Notes under the pieces: generated by a model
What the model was told of the DNA's origin: nothing
What the model saw: only the letters and a program-made list of their open reading frames with translations
The model's database searches: none
Made by a program: the position numbers and the translations under genes
Shown here: one piece after another, positions 33,405-43,996 of the stretch
How positions within the stretch are numbered: position 1 is the stretch's first letter
Layout: each line of letters starts with the position of its first letter
Assembly (NCBI GenBank): GCA_963662665.2
Contig: CAXXJS010000021.1
Location: 77,087 to 141,086 of the forward strand
Source of the DNA: Candidatus Latescibacterota bacterium
Lineage (GTDB): Bacteria > Latescibacterota > UBA2968 > GCA-2709665
Direction: 5' to 3'
DNA: 64,000 nt

Positions 33405-34469
33405 ATGTTCGAACAGGCAGTCGTGGGGCAAAAACGCGTGAAGGAGCGGCTTAAGCGGATGGCACTCAGTGCGAATCTGCCGCACGCCCTCCTGTTTACC
33501 GGTCCGGAGGGTACGGGCAAGTTGGCAGCGGCCCTTGAAATGGCGCGGAGCCTTTACTGCGCCCAGGGGACAAAGGGGTGCTGTGAGAATTGCCGGGGGT
33601 GCAGGAAAACAGCGGGCTTGAATCATCCGGATCTGTCTGTTCTGTTTCCGTTTTCAGCTCGAACGTCGCCTGATACGGAGCGAGAGACGCTGCGACAGGT
33701 CGTAAGTGACCCATACGGGTACCCACTGCCGGCCGACCACGCCACCCTTTCAATTGAGCAGGTTCGAACGCTGCAGAAGCAGTTTGCATATGGCGCGTTC
33801 GAAGGGGGCTGGCGTGTGGCCGTTGTTATGCATGCGGATCGAATGCGGGTCGAATCCGCCAATGCCCTTTTGAAGACGCTGGAAGAACCGCCCGCCCGCT
33901 CTCTGCTGATTCTCACTTCATCCACTCAGGAGGCTCTGCTGCCGACGATCGTTTCTCGCTGTCAATGGGTCGTATTTTCGGCCGTAGCGGTTGACGACGT
34001 GGCACGGATGCTGGCGGACGGGCTGGCGGTCGACGCCGACCGGGCGTTGTTCATCGCTCGATCCTGCGGCGGTAGCCTGAGGCGCGCCCGTGAAATGGCC
34101 GACGGGGAAGTCGATGACCTGCAGGACCGTGCGTACAGGTTTCTTTCGGCGCTCCTGTGGGACGAGGAGGCCAGAACCCATGCAACACTGGAGAAACTGG
34201 CTGCAGATCGAGATGAAGCGCTGCAACTGCTCGGCGGCGCGGAGGTGTGGCTGCGGGACGTCCTGCTTCTCCGGTACGGCGACGCCGAGGGGGTTACTCA
34301 CAAACGACGGGCGGAAGATATCCAGCGCCTTTCCCGTGCATTTGGCCGGGAGGGCTTGCAGCGGACAGCCGGCATGATCGAGTCGGTACGAGAAATGAAC
34401 CGTCGCAACGTAAATCTGTACGTCGGCCTCGTTTCGCTCTGGCGCGAGGTCAGGAGAACCGCGAACTAG
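33405..34469 (+). CDS. holB: DNA polymerase III delta' subunit
   Basis: HALLFTGPEGTGK, Cys cluster, HPD, NALLKTLEEP, LLPTIVSRC. Confidence 0.93.
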   Translation: MFEQAVVGQKRVKERLKRMALSANLPHALLFTGPEGTGKLAAALEMARSLYCAQGTKGCCENCRGCRKTAGLNHPDLSVLFPFSARTSPDTERETLRQVVSDPYGYPLPADHATLSIEQVRTLQKQFAYGAFEGGWRVAVVMHADRMRVESANALLKTLEEPPARSLLILTSSTQEALLPTIVSRCQWVVFSAVAVDDVARMLADGLAVDADRALFIARSCGGSLRRAREMADGEVDDLQDRAYRFLSALLWDEEARTHATLEKLAADRDEALQLLGGAEVWLRDVLLLRYGDAEGVTHKRRAEDIQRLSRAFGREGLQRTAGMIESVREMNRRNVNLYVGLVSLWREVRRTAN

Positions 34470-34626
34470 CCAGACAACCATTCGGTGAGACGCAAGGGGG
34501 CCACACGCTGCATATCTAAGGTCATTCTCGCAGTTCCTCTTCTTCCGTCTCACGTCCTGCCTTGGGCGGGGTTGACGGGTGGCGCAGCTGCCGAAAGCTT
34601 GTCTTGAGACCTGGAAGGTTGTGTGA

Positions 34627-36531
34627 GTGGGGCGTTTCTATATTACAACACCCATATACTACGTGAATGACGAGCCGCATCTTGGCCATGCGTACACGAC
34701 CATCATGGCTGACGTGTTTGCCAGGTATCATCGGGTTGCGGGCGACGAGGTGCTGTTTTTGACTGGAACGGATGAGCACGGGCAGAAAGTCGCGCAGGCA
34801 GCGAAGGAACGAGGGATCAATCCGCAGGAACATTGCGACGAGATGGTCGAACGCTTCCGTAAACTCTGGTCCTCTTTGAACATTTCACACGATGACTTCA
34901 TTCGCACAACCGAATCCAGGCATCGGCGCGTCGTGCAACAGATTCTTCAGCGTCTCTACGACGCGGGGGAGATCTACGCGGACGACTACGAGGGCTGGTA
35001 TTGCGTGCCGGACGAACGGTTCTGGACGGAAAAGGATCTGTCGGACGGGAAATGCCCGGAGTGCGGGCGCGAGGTGGCGCGGATATCCGAGAAGAATTAT
35101 TTTTTCCGCATGGGGAAATATCAGAAGTGGCTGACAGACCACATCCGAAACGATTCATCCTTTGTGCTACCTGCTACCCGCAGAAACGAAATGCTCGGGT
35201 TTCTTCGCCGGCCATTGAACGATCTGTGTATCTCCCGTCCGAAAGCCCGATTATCCTGGGGCATTCCATTGCCATTTGACAACTCGTACGTGTGTTACGT
35301 CTGGTTCGACGCTCTGATCAATTACATTACGGCCGCAGGTTATCTTCAGGACACCCAGGCATTTGCACGGTGGTGGCCCGCTTCATGCCATCTGATAGGC
35401 AAAGACATTCTGACCACGCACTGCATCTACTGGCCGACGATGTTAAAAGCCATGGGTGTCGAAATTCCAAACACCGTGATGGCTCATGGGTGGTGGCTCG
35501 TCGACGACGAAAAAATGGGCAAGTCTCTGGGCAACGCGATCCGTCCCCTGGATCTGGCGGAGAAATACGGCGTGGACGCCTTTCGGTATTTTCTGGTACG
35601 TGAAATGGTGCTGGGGATGGACAGCACTTTCGGCGAGACGGGATTCGTCCACCGGTATAATTCCGAATTGGCAAACGACCTGGGCAATCTGCTGAATCGC
35701 ACCGTCGTTATGGCTAAACGGTACCTGGGCGGGCGGGTGCCCGAGGCAGACCTGAATCACCCTGATCTCTTCGCGTTGAAGGCGTATGCCGGCAAGACGG
35801 TGGATGGCGTGATCGACGCGTTGGGTAACATGAATCCCACGGGAATTCTGGACGCGATATGGGACCTCGTCAGGCAGGCAAATCGCTTTGCGGAAGCGCA
35901 GGCGCCGTGGAATCTGGCGAGGAATCCTGAAAGTAAAAACACACTGAATGCGACAATCTACGGCCTTCTTGAGACGATGCGCTATCTGGCGGTGCTGCTT
36001 TTTCCGGTCATGCCCGGCAAGACTGAGGAGATCTGGGAGCAGATCGGCGCCGATGGCGACTTAAGTACCCAGACGATACATGGCCTTCATCCCTGGGGCG
36101 GGCTGCGCGCCGGGGCGGAGGTGAGCGCGCAGGGCCCCATTTTTCCCAGGATCGAGTGCGTAGAAGAGGACCTTTTGGAGAAGACCGATATGCCTGACCC
36201 GAAAGAAGATCTGGTAACGTTCAAGGAGTTTCAGAAGCTCGAGTTTCGTGTGGCCACGGTGGAATCTGCCAAGCGAGTACCCGGCGCCGACCGGCTGCTG
36301 AAGCTACAGGTCAGCCTGGGTGACCAACAACGCCAGATTGTTGCCGGGGTTGCCCAGCACTATCTCCCGGAGTCGCTGGTTGGGCGTCAGATTGTGGTGG
36401 TGGCAAATCTGGAGCCGGCGACCATCCGTGGGGTGGCGTCGGAAGGGATGCTGTTAGCGGCGTCGGCGGACGGCTGTGTTGCGCTCGTCCAGCCGGATGC
36501 ACGCGTTCCCGACGGTGCGGAGGTCGGCTGA
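34627..36531 (+). CDS. metG: Methionyl-tRNA synthetase with C-terminal tRNA-binding domain
   Basis: YITTPIYYVN, HLGH, GTDEHG, YVWFDAL, KMGKS. Confidence 0.98.
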   Translation: MGRFYITTPIYYVNDEPHLGHAYTTIMADVFARYHRVAGDEVLFLTGTDEHGQKVAQAAKERGINPQEHCDEMVERFRKLWSSLNISHDDFIRTTESRHRRVVQQILQRLYDAGEIYADDYEGWYCVPDERFWTEKDLSDGKCPECGREVARISEKNYFFRMGKYQKWLTDHIRNDSSFVLPATRRNEMLGFLRRPLNDLCISRPKARLSWGIPLPFDNSYVCYVWFDALINYITAAGYLQDTQAFARWWPASCHLIGKDILTTHCIYWPTMLKAMGVEIPNTVMAHGWWLVDDEKMGKSLGNAIRPLDLAEKYGVDAFRYFLVREMVLGMDSTFGETGFVHRYNSELANDLGNLLNRTVVMAKRYLGGRVPEADLNHPDLFALKAYAGKTVDGVIDALGNMNPTGILDAIWDLVRQANRFAEAQAPWNLARNPESKNTLNATIYGLLETMRYLAVLLFPVMPGKTEEIWEQIGADGDLSTQTIHGLHPWGGLRAGAEVSAQGPIFPRIECVEEDLLEKTDMPDPKEDLVTFKEFQKLEFRVATVESAKRVPGADRLLKLQVSLGDQQRQIVAGVAQHYLPESLVGRQIVVVANLEPATIRGVASEGMLLAASADGCVALVQPDARVPDGAEVG

Positions 36532-36536
36532 GGACC

Positions 36537-37301
36537 ATGCTTGTCGATACCCATGCCCATCTCAATTTTCCGCAGTTTCTGGGGGAGGAAGAAGCGACTA
36601 TCCGGCGGGCCAGGGAGGCAGGGGTCGAATGCATTGTCAACGTGGGTACAAACCTGGATGTGAGCCGCAGGGCGCTGGATCTGGCTTTGCGGCACGAGGG
36701 AATCCACGCAACCGTGGGTTTCCATCCGCACGACGTACACCTGGCGGACGCGGCCGGCTTGAATGCGCTGAAGCGGCTTGCATCGAATGAAAAGGTTGTG
36801 GCCGTGGGCGAGACGGGCCTGGATTTCTTCCGGAATTATGCGCCCCGAACCCTTCAAGAGCGGATTTTCAGGCTACATATACGTCTGGCGCGGCAGGAGG
36901 GCCTTCCGCTTGTTATTCACAGTCGTGGCGCCGAGGACCGGGTTATGGAGATTCTCGAGGCCGAAGGCGGTATTGCGAGTGGGGGGGTCTTGCACTGTTT
37001 CGGCGGAGGTCCCGACCAGGCAAGGCGGGCGGTGGATCTTGGCTTCCATTTGGGATTCGGTGGAACTGTGACGTATAAACGCTCCACATCGTTGTCCGTC
37101 GCGCTGGGTATTCCGCACGATCGGGTACTCCTGGAAACCGATTGTCCATATCTCGCGCCGGTCCCGCATCGGGGCCGGCGGAATGAACCGGCCTACGTAC
37201 GGCAAATTGCCGAGTTCCTTGCCGGATGCGCGGACGAACCGATGGACAGGCTGGCCGTTAGGACGACGGAAAATGCCCGCCGGCTTTTCGGGTTGACGTG
37301 A
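36537..37301 (+). CDS. tatD: TatD-family nuclease
   Basis: DTHAH, GFHPH, VGETGLD, IHSR, LHCF, ETDCPYLAP. Confidence 0.95.
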   Translation: MLVDTHAHLNFPQFLGEEEATIRRAREAGVECIVNVGTNLDVSRRALDLALRHEGIHATVGFHPHDVHLADAAGLNALKRLASNEKVVAVGETGLDFFRNYAPRTLQERIFRLHIRLARQEGLPLVIHSRGAEDRVMEILEAEGGIASGGVLHCFGGGPDQARRAVDLGFHLGFGGTVTYKRSTSLSVALGIPHDRVLLETDCPYLAPVPHRGRRNEPAYVRQIAEFLAGCADEPMDRLAVRTTENARRLFGLT

Positions 37302-38191
37302 TGAAGAAGCCCAAAAAGGGCCTCGCGCAGCATTTTTTGACCGACGCAGAGACTGTCCACCGAATCGTCAGGGCAGCTGGCGCCGGCGCCAACGATCTGG
37401 TGGTTGAAATCGGGCCGGGCCGCGGCGCGCTGACCGGACGGTTGTTGGCGCAATCGGCCAGAGTGATCGGGATCGAAAGGGATGAAGCACTATGTGGTTT
37501 CCTGCTATCGGAATTCGGCCGAAGACTGGATTTGCACAACCAGGACGTGTTAGCTGTAGATTTTCGAGAATTGATTCGCAAAGAAGGATTTGAGCGGGCG
37601 ATTCTGGTGGGCAACCTGCCTTATAACATCACGGGTGCGGTTATTCAGCGAATCCTGGATGCCCGGGTTCAATTCCGGCGAGCCATCCTGACCGTACAGC
37701 GGGAGGTTGCCCGAAGGATCGTCGCCGCACCGGGCAGCAGGGACTACGGGGTACTATCGATTGCCGTTCAGTTGCGTGCCCTCCCGGAGATACTCTTCGA
37801 CCTGTCTCCCGGTGTGTTTTATCCGGCACCCAGGGTCTTTTCGTCCGTCATTCGACTGGACTTCGCCCGTCAGACTCCCTTTCAGATCAGGGATGAGGAA
37901 TTTTTCTTTCGCGTGGTCCGTACGGCATTCGGCCAGCGGCGGAAGATGCTGAAGAATGCCCTCCTGGGTATGGTAAACGGTAAATCGGAGATCCTGCAAC
38001 GCGTGGGTGCGGTGGCGGATATCGATTTCAGATTGAGACCGGAAGCGATTTCCATATCGCAGTTTGAACGGATTTGCCGAGCTCTCAAGGCATCGCATGA
38101 GACCGGCGCCGGATCTGGCGACGCCGATAGCGGTCGCCCGGGTCCCGCCCACGTGGATTGTTGCCGGCGGCGGGAGCAAAGGGTAAAGTGA
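37298..38191 (+). CDS. rsmA: 16S rRNA m6,2A dimethyltransferase
   Basis: LAQHFL, VEIGPGRG, GNLPYNI, AFGQRRKML. Confidence 0.96.
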   Translation: MMKKPKKGLAQHFLTDAETVHRIVRAAGAGANDLVVEIGPGRGALTGRLLAQSARVIGIERDEALCGFLLSEFGRRLDLHNQDVLAVDFRELIRKEGFERAILVGNLPYNITGAVIQRILDARVQFRRAILTVQREVARRIVAAPGSRDYGVLSIAVQLRALPEILFDLSPGVFYPAPRVFSSVIRLDFARQTPFQIRDEEFFFRVVRTAFGQRRKMLKNALLGMVNGKSEILQRVGAVADIDFRLRPEAISISQFERICRALKASHETGAGSGDADSGRPGPAHVDCCRRREQRVK

Positions 38192-38256
38192 TGCACGCGA
38201 TATGTCTGTGAACGGCGTTTCCAGCTGAATACACATCCATCCAAAAAGGACTAGAA

Positions 38257-39183
38257 ATGCCCCCGATGCCTAAGGCGGACAAGATCTGGTTTAATGGAAA
38301 GTTCGTGGATTGGGACGACGCGAGGATTCACGTGTTGTCACACGTCGTGCACTACGGGTCCAGCGTGTTTGAAGGAATTCGCTGCTACAATACGCAGAGG
38401 GGCCCTGCCTGTTTCCGTCTGTCCGATCACGTGAATCGACTGTACGATTCAGCCAAGATCTACCGGATGCCGATTCCTTATGAACGTGAGGAAATCTCGC
38501 GGGCTATTCTGGAGTCCATTCGTACAAACGGACTGAAGGCCTGTTATGTGCGCCCCGTTATCTTTAGAGGATACGGGAGTCTGGGGGTGGACCCCTCATC
38601 CTGTCCCGTCGAAGTCGTGGTCGCCGTGTGGGAGTGGGGCGCCTATCTGGGTGAAGACGCTCTGGAAAAGGGGGCCACGGTGCGATTTTCCTCGTGGAAC
38701 CGACTGGCGCCCAACACCATGCCATCGTTGGCCAAGGTCGGCGCCAACTACATGAACTCGCAATTGATCAAGCTGGAGGCGCTGGCGGATGGATACGTGG
38801 AAGGAATCGCGCTGGATGCGCAGGGACACGTGAGCGAAGCCAGCGGAGAAAACATCTTTATGGTGAAGAACGGTGCGATCTACACCCCCTCCACCGGATC
38901 GTCTATTCTGCCTGGCATTACACGTCATACGTTGATTACGCTGGCGCGAGATCTGGGATACTCGGTGACCCAGCGCGCCATCCCGAGAGAGTCGTTATAT
39001 ATTGCCGACGAGGTCTTTTTTACGGGAACGGCGGCAGAGGTGACGCCAATTACGCGGATTGATCACATTTCGGTCGGCGAAGGGACCCGCGGGCCCATCA
39101 CAAAGGCGCTGCAGGACGCTTTTTTCGGTGTTGTTTCGGGCGAGAAGGCCGACAGGCACGGCTGGTTGACCTTTGTCAATTGA
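38257..39183 (+). CDS. ilvE: Branched-chain amino acid aminotransferase
   Basis: [34 protein letters not shown]. Confidence 0.97.
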   Translation: MPPMPKADKIWFNGKFVDWDDARIHVLSHVVHYGSSVFEGIRCYNTQRGPACFRLSDHVNRLYDSAKIYRMPIPYEREEISRAILESIRTNGLKACYVRPVIFRGYGSLGVDPSSCPVEVVVAVWEWGAYLGEDALEKGATVRFSSWNRLAPNTMPSLAKVGANYMNSQLIKLEALADGYVEGIALDAQGHVSEASGENIFMVKNGAIYTPSTGSSILPGITRHTLITLARDLGYSVTQRAIPRESLYIADEVFFTGTAAEVTPITRIDHISVGEGTRGPITKALQDAFFGVVSGEKADRHGWLTFVN

Positions 39184-39253
39184 TGAACCCTTACACCCTG
39201 GAAGCCGTGTTAATTCAAAGGAGCTCCGGATAGAGAGTGCCGGATACACGGAT

Positions 39254-40072
39254 ATGGCCGATTTAAGAGATAAGAATATAGTCGTCGTCGGTGCGGGAAA
39301 TATGGGCGGCGCGTTGATTGCGGGTCTGGTGCAATCCGGTACTGTGCCGCCGGAACGGGTGACGGCCGTGGATATCGACGAGGCATTGCTGGATTCGCAT
39401 CGGCGGTCGCTTGGTGTGAATACAAGCCGCGATGTTGCTGCAGTCGCCGCGAAACAGGATGTGTTGGTACTGGGTCTGAAGCCACAGATCTGGGCCCCGG
39501 TTGTCGCACCGTTGGTGTCGTCGCTTACCGATCGGCAGATGGTGCTTTCGATTATGGGCGGCGTGCGAACCCGGGCGATCGAGGAAGTTCTGGGCGGACG
39601 GGCTCCGGTTGTGCGCGCCATGCCTAATATTCTTGCGCAGATTCGAGCGTCTGTGGCTGCCGTTTGCCCAGGGCGATTCGCCGAGGATGCCCACGTGGCG
39701 GCGGCTGAATCCATCCTGCAGTCGGTTGGTGAGTCGGTGCGCGTGAGCGAAGCACAAATGGATGCGGTAACCGGTCTTTCGGGCAGCGGCCCCGCGTTTG
39801 TGTACGTAATGATCGATGCGTTGGCCGACGGTGGCGTGAAGATGGGGATTCCGAAGCCGGTAGCGCTCAAGCTGGCCGCGCAAACGGTTTTCGGCAGTGC
39901 AAAAATGGTGATCCGGAGCGGACAGCACCCGGCAGTGCTGAAAGACCAGGTGACGTCCGCCGGCGGTACCACAATTGCCGGATTGCAAGCCCTTGAACTG
40001 GGCGGTTTTCGCGCCGCGTTGATGGAGGCGGTGGAGGCCGCAACCCGACGGTCGGAGGAGTTGGGAGCATAA
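39254..40072 (+). CDS. proC: Pyrroline-5-carboxylate reductase
   Basis: GAGNMG, RAMPN, TGLSGSGPA, VTSAGGTT. Confidence 0.96.
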   Translation: MADLRDKNIVVVGAGNMGGALIAGLVQSGTVPPERVTAVDIDEALLDSHRRSLGVNTSRDVAAVAAKQDVLVLGLKPQIWAPVVAPLVSSLTDRQMVLSIMGGVRTRAIEEVLGGRAPVVRAMPNILAQIRASVAAVCPGRFAEDAHVAAAESILQSVGESVRVSEAQMDAVTGLSGSGPAFVYVMIDALADGGVKMGIPKPVALKLAAQTVFGSAKMVIRSGQHPAVLKDQVTSAGGTTIAGLQALELGGFRAALMEAVEAATRRSEELGA

Positions 40073-40124
40073 TCGATAGATATATTGGTACAGACCTGCG
40101 GCGGAGTTCCGGACGGGGGTTTTC

Positions 40125-40730
40125 GTGATTGTTATTGTGGACTGCGGCACGGGCAATCTGCGCAGCGTTCAGAAGGGATTCGAGCGCGTCGGGCACGCCG
40201 CGTTAATTACCGACCGTCCTGATGACGTGAATCGCGCCGACCGTGTGGTACTGCCCGGTGTCGGGGCCTTTGGCGATGCAATGGTGAATCTGGACGCGGC
40301 CGGTCTGATCGAACCTCTCAGGGACTCAATTGCCGCCGGTCGTCCATTTCTGGGTATCTGTGTCGGTCTCCAGCTTCTTTTCTCCGACAGCAGTGAAATG
40401 GGCCGCCACCGCGGATTTGGCGTTTTTCCCGGTTCTGTACGGCGGTTCCCGGAGGGTGTGCGCATACCGCAGATCGGGTGGAATCAGATTCGGATTCAGA
40501 GGCAGACACCGCTTCTTGCCGGCATCCCAGGCGATGCGTTTTTCTATTTCGTACATTCATACTATGTGGACCCTGAGGTGGCGTCCGATTGCGTGGCGAC
40601 AACGGACTACGCGCTTGACTACACGTCGGTCGCGGGCAGAGGGGCAACCTATGGGATTCAGTTTCACCCCGAGAAGAGCCAGGATCTCGGACTGCGAATC
40701 CTGAAAAATTTCGCGGAGCGGGTATGCTAG
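40125..40730 (+). CDS. hisH: IGP synthase glutaminase subunit
   Basis: LPGVGAF, GICVGLQ, YFVHSY, QFHPEKS. Confidence 0.96.
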   Translation: MIVIVDCGTGNLRSVQKGFERVGHAALITDRPDDVNRADRVVLPGVGAFGDAMVNLDAAGLIEPLRDSIAAGRPFLGICVGLQLLFSDSSEMGRHRGFGVFPGSVRRFPEGVRIPQIGWNQIRIQRQTPLLAGIPGDAFFYFVHSYYVDPEVASDCVATTDYALDYTSVAGRGATYGIQFHPEKSQDLGLRILKNFAERVC

Positions 40731-41512
40731 CCAAACGAATCATACCCTGTCTGGACGTAAAGAACGGCCGGAATGTCCGCGGAGTGAAGTTCTCGGCGGA
40801 CCGGGACGCCGGAGACCCTGTGGAACTGGCCCGTCGCTACGATGAAGAAGGGGCAGACGAACTCGTATTTTACGATATCACAGCGTCGGCCGAGAAGAGA
40901 GAAATCGTCGCCGATCTCGTGCGCCAGGTATCGGAACAGGTGTTTATCCCGTTTACGGTGGGAGGGGGCGTGCGGACGTTTGACGATATTCGCGCGATCA
41001 TCGAGGGCGGCGCCGAAAAGGCATCCATCAATTCGGCGGCGCTTCGCACCCCGGAGTTGATTACCCGCGGTGCGGAACGATTCGGCGCGCAGGCAATCGT
41101 GGGATCCATCGATGCCGTTAGATGCCCAAGCAAATCGGATAAACCAAAATGGGACGTGATGATCGACGGGGGCAGAACGCCGACGGGCAGAGATGCCCTT
41201 GAATGGGCGTCGGAATTGGTCGACAGGGGCGCCGGTGAATTGGTGTTGAACAGCATCGACGCTGACGGTACGAGGGAAGGGTATGATATTGAGTTGAACC
41301 GTGCAGTGGCGGATCTTGTAGATGTGCCCATCGTGGCTTCCGGGGGATCGGGCGGACCGGAGCATATGTATCAGGTGCTTCAACGAGGCAAGGCGAGTGC
41401 CGCACTGGCGGCGTCTATATTTCATTTCGGGCACTATAGCATTCCCCAGGTGAAAGCATTTCTCGCCGCGCGGGGCATCTGTGTGCGACCCCGGGTGAGG
41501 GTGGATTTATAA
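40724..41512 (+). CDS. hisF: IGP synthase cyclase subunit
   Basis: MLAKRIIPCLDV, DELVFYDITAS, VGGG, SIDADG, ALAAS. Confidence 0.97.
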   Translation: MLAKRIIPCLDVKNGRNVRGVKFSADRDAGDPVELARRYDEEGADELVFYDITASAEKREIVADLVRQVSEQVFIPFTVGGGVRTFDDIRAIIEGGAEKASINSAALRTPELITRGAERFGAQAIVGSIDAVRCPSKSDKPKWDVMIDGGRTPTGRDALEWASELVDRGAGELVLNSIDADGTREGYDIELNRAVADLVDVPIVASGGSGGPEHMYQVLQRGKASAALAASIFHFGHYSIPQVKAFLAARGICVRPRVRVDL

Positions 41513-42720
41513 TGGATCGCTGGTTGACCGAAGGAAAACAGGGGCGTCGAGCGACGGAAGCAAAGATTGGTGACTCGGAGCAGAATCGGACCTGCCCCGA
41601 ACGAAGGAAGCTTTTCGAAGGCGTCCGGCGCGTTGTGGTAAAGCTGGGAACACGTTTGGTCACGCTGCAGGATCACACGCTGAATCTGAAGCTGATCGAA
41701 CGCCTGGCTGCCGACGTGGCGGAATTGCGGCGGAATGGGATACAGGTCGCCGTTGTGTCGTCGGGCGCGGTTGGGGCCGGTATGGGGCGGCTCGGACTGG
41801 TAGAGCGGCCAAGGAGGCTGTCGGCGTTGCAGGCGACCGCGGCGGTTGGACAGGTGCTGTTGATGAATGCGTACAAACTCGCGTTCAGGGCCCACCGTGT
41901 TTCCGTCGGACAGGTCCTGCTGACGGCGGATGATCTGGATAACCGTCGTCGTTACGTTAATGCCCGGAATACGCTGGACTCGTTGTTTCGGTTCGGCGCC
42001 GTTCCGGTTCTCAATGAGAACGACAGCGTGGCAGTTGAGGAACTCCAGCTTTCGGTGGGCGACAACGACCGGCTTTCCGCGCTCGTGGCGCATCTGGTTG
42101 ACGCCGACCTCCTCGTTATCCTGACCGACGTCGACGGACTGTACTCGGATGACCCGGAACGCCACTCGGACGCGCGATTCATTGCTAGGGTTGAGGAGGT
42201 CGGCCCTGAACTGATCGAGCGGGCCGGAAGAGCCGGCAGCCAGGTAAGCCTGGGCGGAATGCGTTCGAAACTGGAGGCGGCGCAGAGTGTGACGCGGGGA
42301 GGCAGGTTGGCGGTGATTGCAAACGGGCACAAGATCGGATTGACCGGGATCCTTGCGGGATCGGTATCGGGGACGTTGTTTCTTGCCGCGAAGGAGAGGC
42401 TACCAGGACGCAAGCTATGGATTGCCAATTCCCGTCGACAGGGCGCCGTAATTGTGGACGACGGCGCCGTGGAAGCAATCGTGAAACGCGGAAAGAGCCT
42501 GTTGCCTTCAGGTATCTTAAAAGTGGTAGGCGCCTTTGAGGCCGGAGAGTTGATTGCCGTTGAAGACCGGCGTCGGTTGGAGGTTGCACGCGGCGTAGTA
42601 AAGTACGGCTCGACGGAGGTACGGCGGATATTGGGCAAATCAACTGGCGAAATGGTGGCGATTCTGGACGTGGAAGCGGGAGGAGAGGTGGTCCACCGTG
42701 ACGATCTGGTGGTGCTGTAA
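41512..42720 (+). CDS. proB: Glutamate 5-kinase with PUA domain
   Basis: VVKLG, VSSGAV, NEND, GDND.LSA, GGM.SK, KSLLP.G, HRDDL; start uncertain. Confidence 0.96.
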   Translation: MDRWLTEGKQGRRATEAKIGDSEQNRTCPERRKLFEGVRRVVVKLGTRLVTLQDHTLNLKLIERLAADVAELRRNGIQVAVVSSGAVGAGMGRLGLVERPRRLSALQATAAVGQVLLMNAYKLAFRAHRVSVGQVLLTADDLDNRRRYVNARNTLDSLFRFGAVPVLNENDSVAVEELQLSVGDNDRLSALVAHLVDADLLVILTDVDGLYSDDPERHSDARFIARVEEVGPELIERAGRAGSQVSLGGMRSKLEAAQSVTRGGRLAVIANGHKIGLTGILAGSVSGTLFLAAKERLPGRKLWIANSRRQGAVIVDDGAVEAIVKRGKSLLPSGILKVVGAFEAGELIAVEDRRRLEVARGVVKYGSTEVRRILGKSTGEMVAILDVEAGGEVVHRDDLVVL

Positions 42721-42794
42721 TCGTTGGGTTATCGTTCGGTGAATCGATAGTCGGGCGGCGCCTGGCGGTCCACTCGTCTGATGGGGTCTTCGGA

Positions 42795-43142
42795 ATGAAA
42801 TTCTATAGAGGAAAACGGGAATACCTGTACGTACCCCGCAGGAGGATGTATAGATTCCTGTGGGCTCTGCCGGCGCTCTGGTTCGTCTATCTGTTTTTCG
42901 CGGGAGACAGCGGGTATCTGCAGATTCGGGAGCGGAGCCGGGAGATCGAGGCGATGCAGCGTGAAATTGAAACCGTAAGCGCCGGAAACCGGAAGTTGAC
43001 AGCCGAAGTCAAAATGTTGCAGACCGACCTGGCGATCATTGAGAGGATCGCGCGGGAGCGGTACGGGATGGTTAAGGAAAACGAAACGGTCTTTATGGTG
43101 TACCCTGAAGCGCCGGCGCCTAAATCCAAGTCCAAGAAATGA
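42795..43142 (+). CDS. ftsB: FtsB/DivIC septum formation initiator
   Basis: TM helix, G..G, coiled coil, IERIARERYGMVKENE. Confidence 0.85.
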   Translation: MKFYRGKREYLYVPRRRMYRFLWALPALWFVYLFFAGDSGYLQIRERSREIEAMQREIETVSAGNRKLTAEVKMLQTDLAIIERIARERYGMVKENETVFMVYPEAPAPKSKSKK

Positions 43143-43921
43143 TTTCGAAAACCGAAGGTCTGGTTCTGCGCGGCTACCGGATGAGCGAGAGTAGCAAGGT
43201 CGTGGTTATCTATACCCGTATCTCGGGTAAGGTGCGGGTTGTCGCCAGGGGCGCTCGGCGACCCAGGAGCAAGTTCGGCGCCAGCGTTGAACCCATGACC
43301 TGGGGCGCTTACGTTTTTTATAGCCGGGAAAACAGAGATTTGCAGACGCTGAGCGAAGGCGACATTCTGTATGCCTTCGGAGGTCTCAAGCGGGTCTACC
43401 GGCGCCTTGTGTACGCCAGCGCCGTCTGTGATTTGCTGGATCGCCTGACACTGGAACAAGATCCGAATTCTCTTCTGTGCAGCGTTACGCTGGACACGCT
43501 TCGATGGATGGAAACGGTTGAGGAAGCGGCGATTGAATTGCCACTCTGGTATTTTCAGCTGAGGGCCGCCTCTGCACTGGGATATCGTCCTCATCTGAGC
43601 GGGTGCGTCCAATGCGGCGTACGGATAACCGGGAGCCGGGTCTGTTTCGACGCGGGGCGCGGCGGTACGGTCTGCCTCCGGTGCGAAAGTGGAGGTCCAG
43701 GCGTAAAAATGGCCACCATCCAATACTTGGAGCAGCTTCAGACAACACGCGCGGACCGAATCGACGAGAAGGGTTTCCTGGCGATCGACACAGGCGAAGC
43801 CCGTCGTGTGCTGCGTAGCTTTTTATGGCGCCACATTGAGAACCGGGGCCAGGTCAAGTCGCTGGATTTTTTGAATCGAATGCTTGCTGCAGAGGGTCCA
43901 ACTGCGCCCTACGGCAGTTGA
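43139..43921 (+). CDS. recO: DNA repair protein RecO
   Basis: EGLVLR, GKV..VARGAR, LGYRP.L..CxxCG...CxxC. Confidence 0.94.
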   Translation: MISKTEGLVLRGYRMSESSKVVVIYTRISGKVRVVARGARRPRSKFGASVEPMTWGAYVFYSRENRDLQTLSEGDILYAFGGLKRVYRRLVYASAVCDLLDRLTLEQDPNSLLCSVTLDTLRWMETVEEAAIELPLWYFQLRAASALGYRPHLSGCVQCGVRITGSRVCFDAGRGGTVCLRCESGGPGVKMATIQYLEQLQTTRADRIDEKGFLAIDTGEARRVLRSFLWRHIENRGQVKSLDFLNRMLAAEGPTAPYGS

Positions 43922-43996
43922 GTACCGGCCGAGGGTTGGCGGCATTCCAAACAACTGAGTGATGCCCCGCCTTTTGCAAAGGACCGGGTCCGCGGA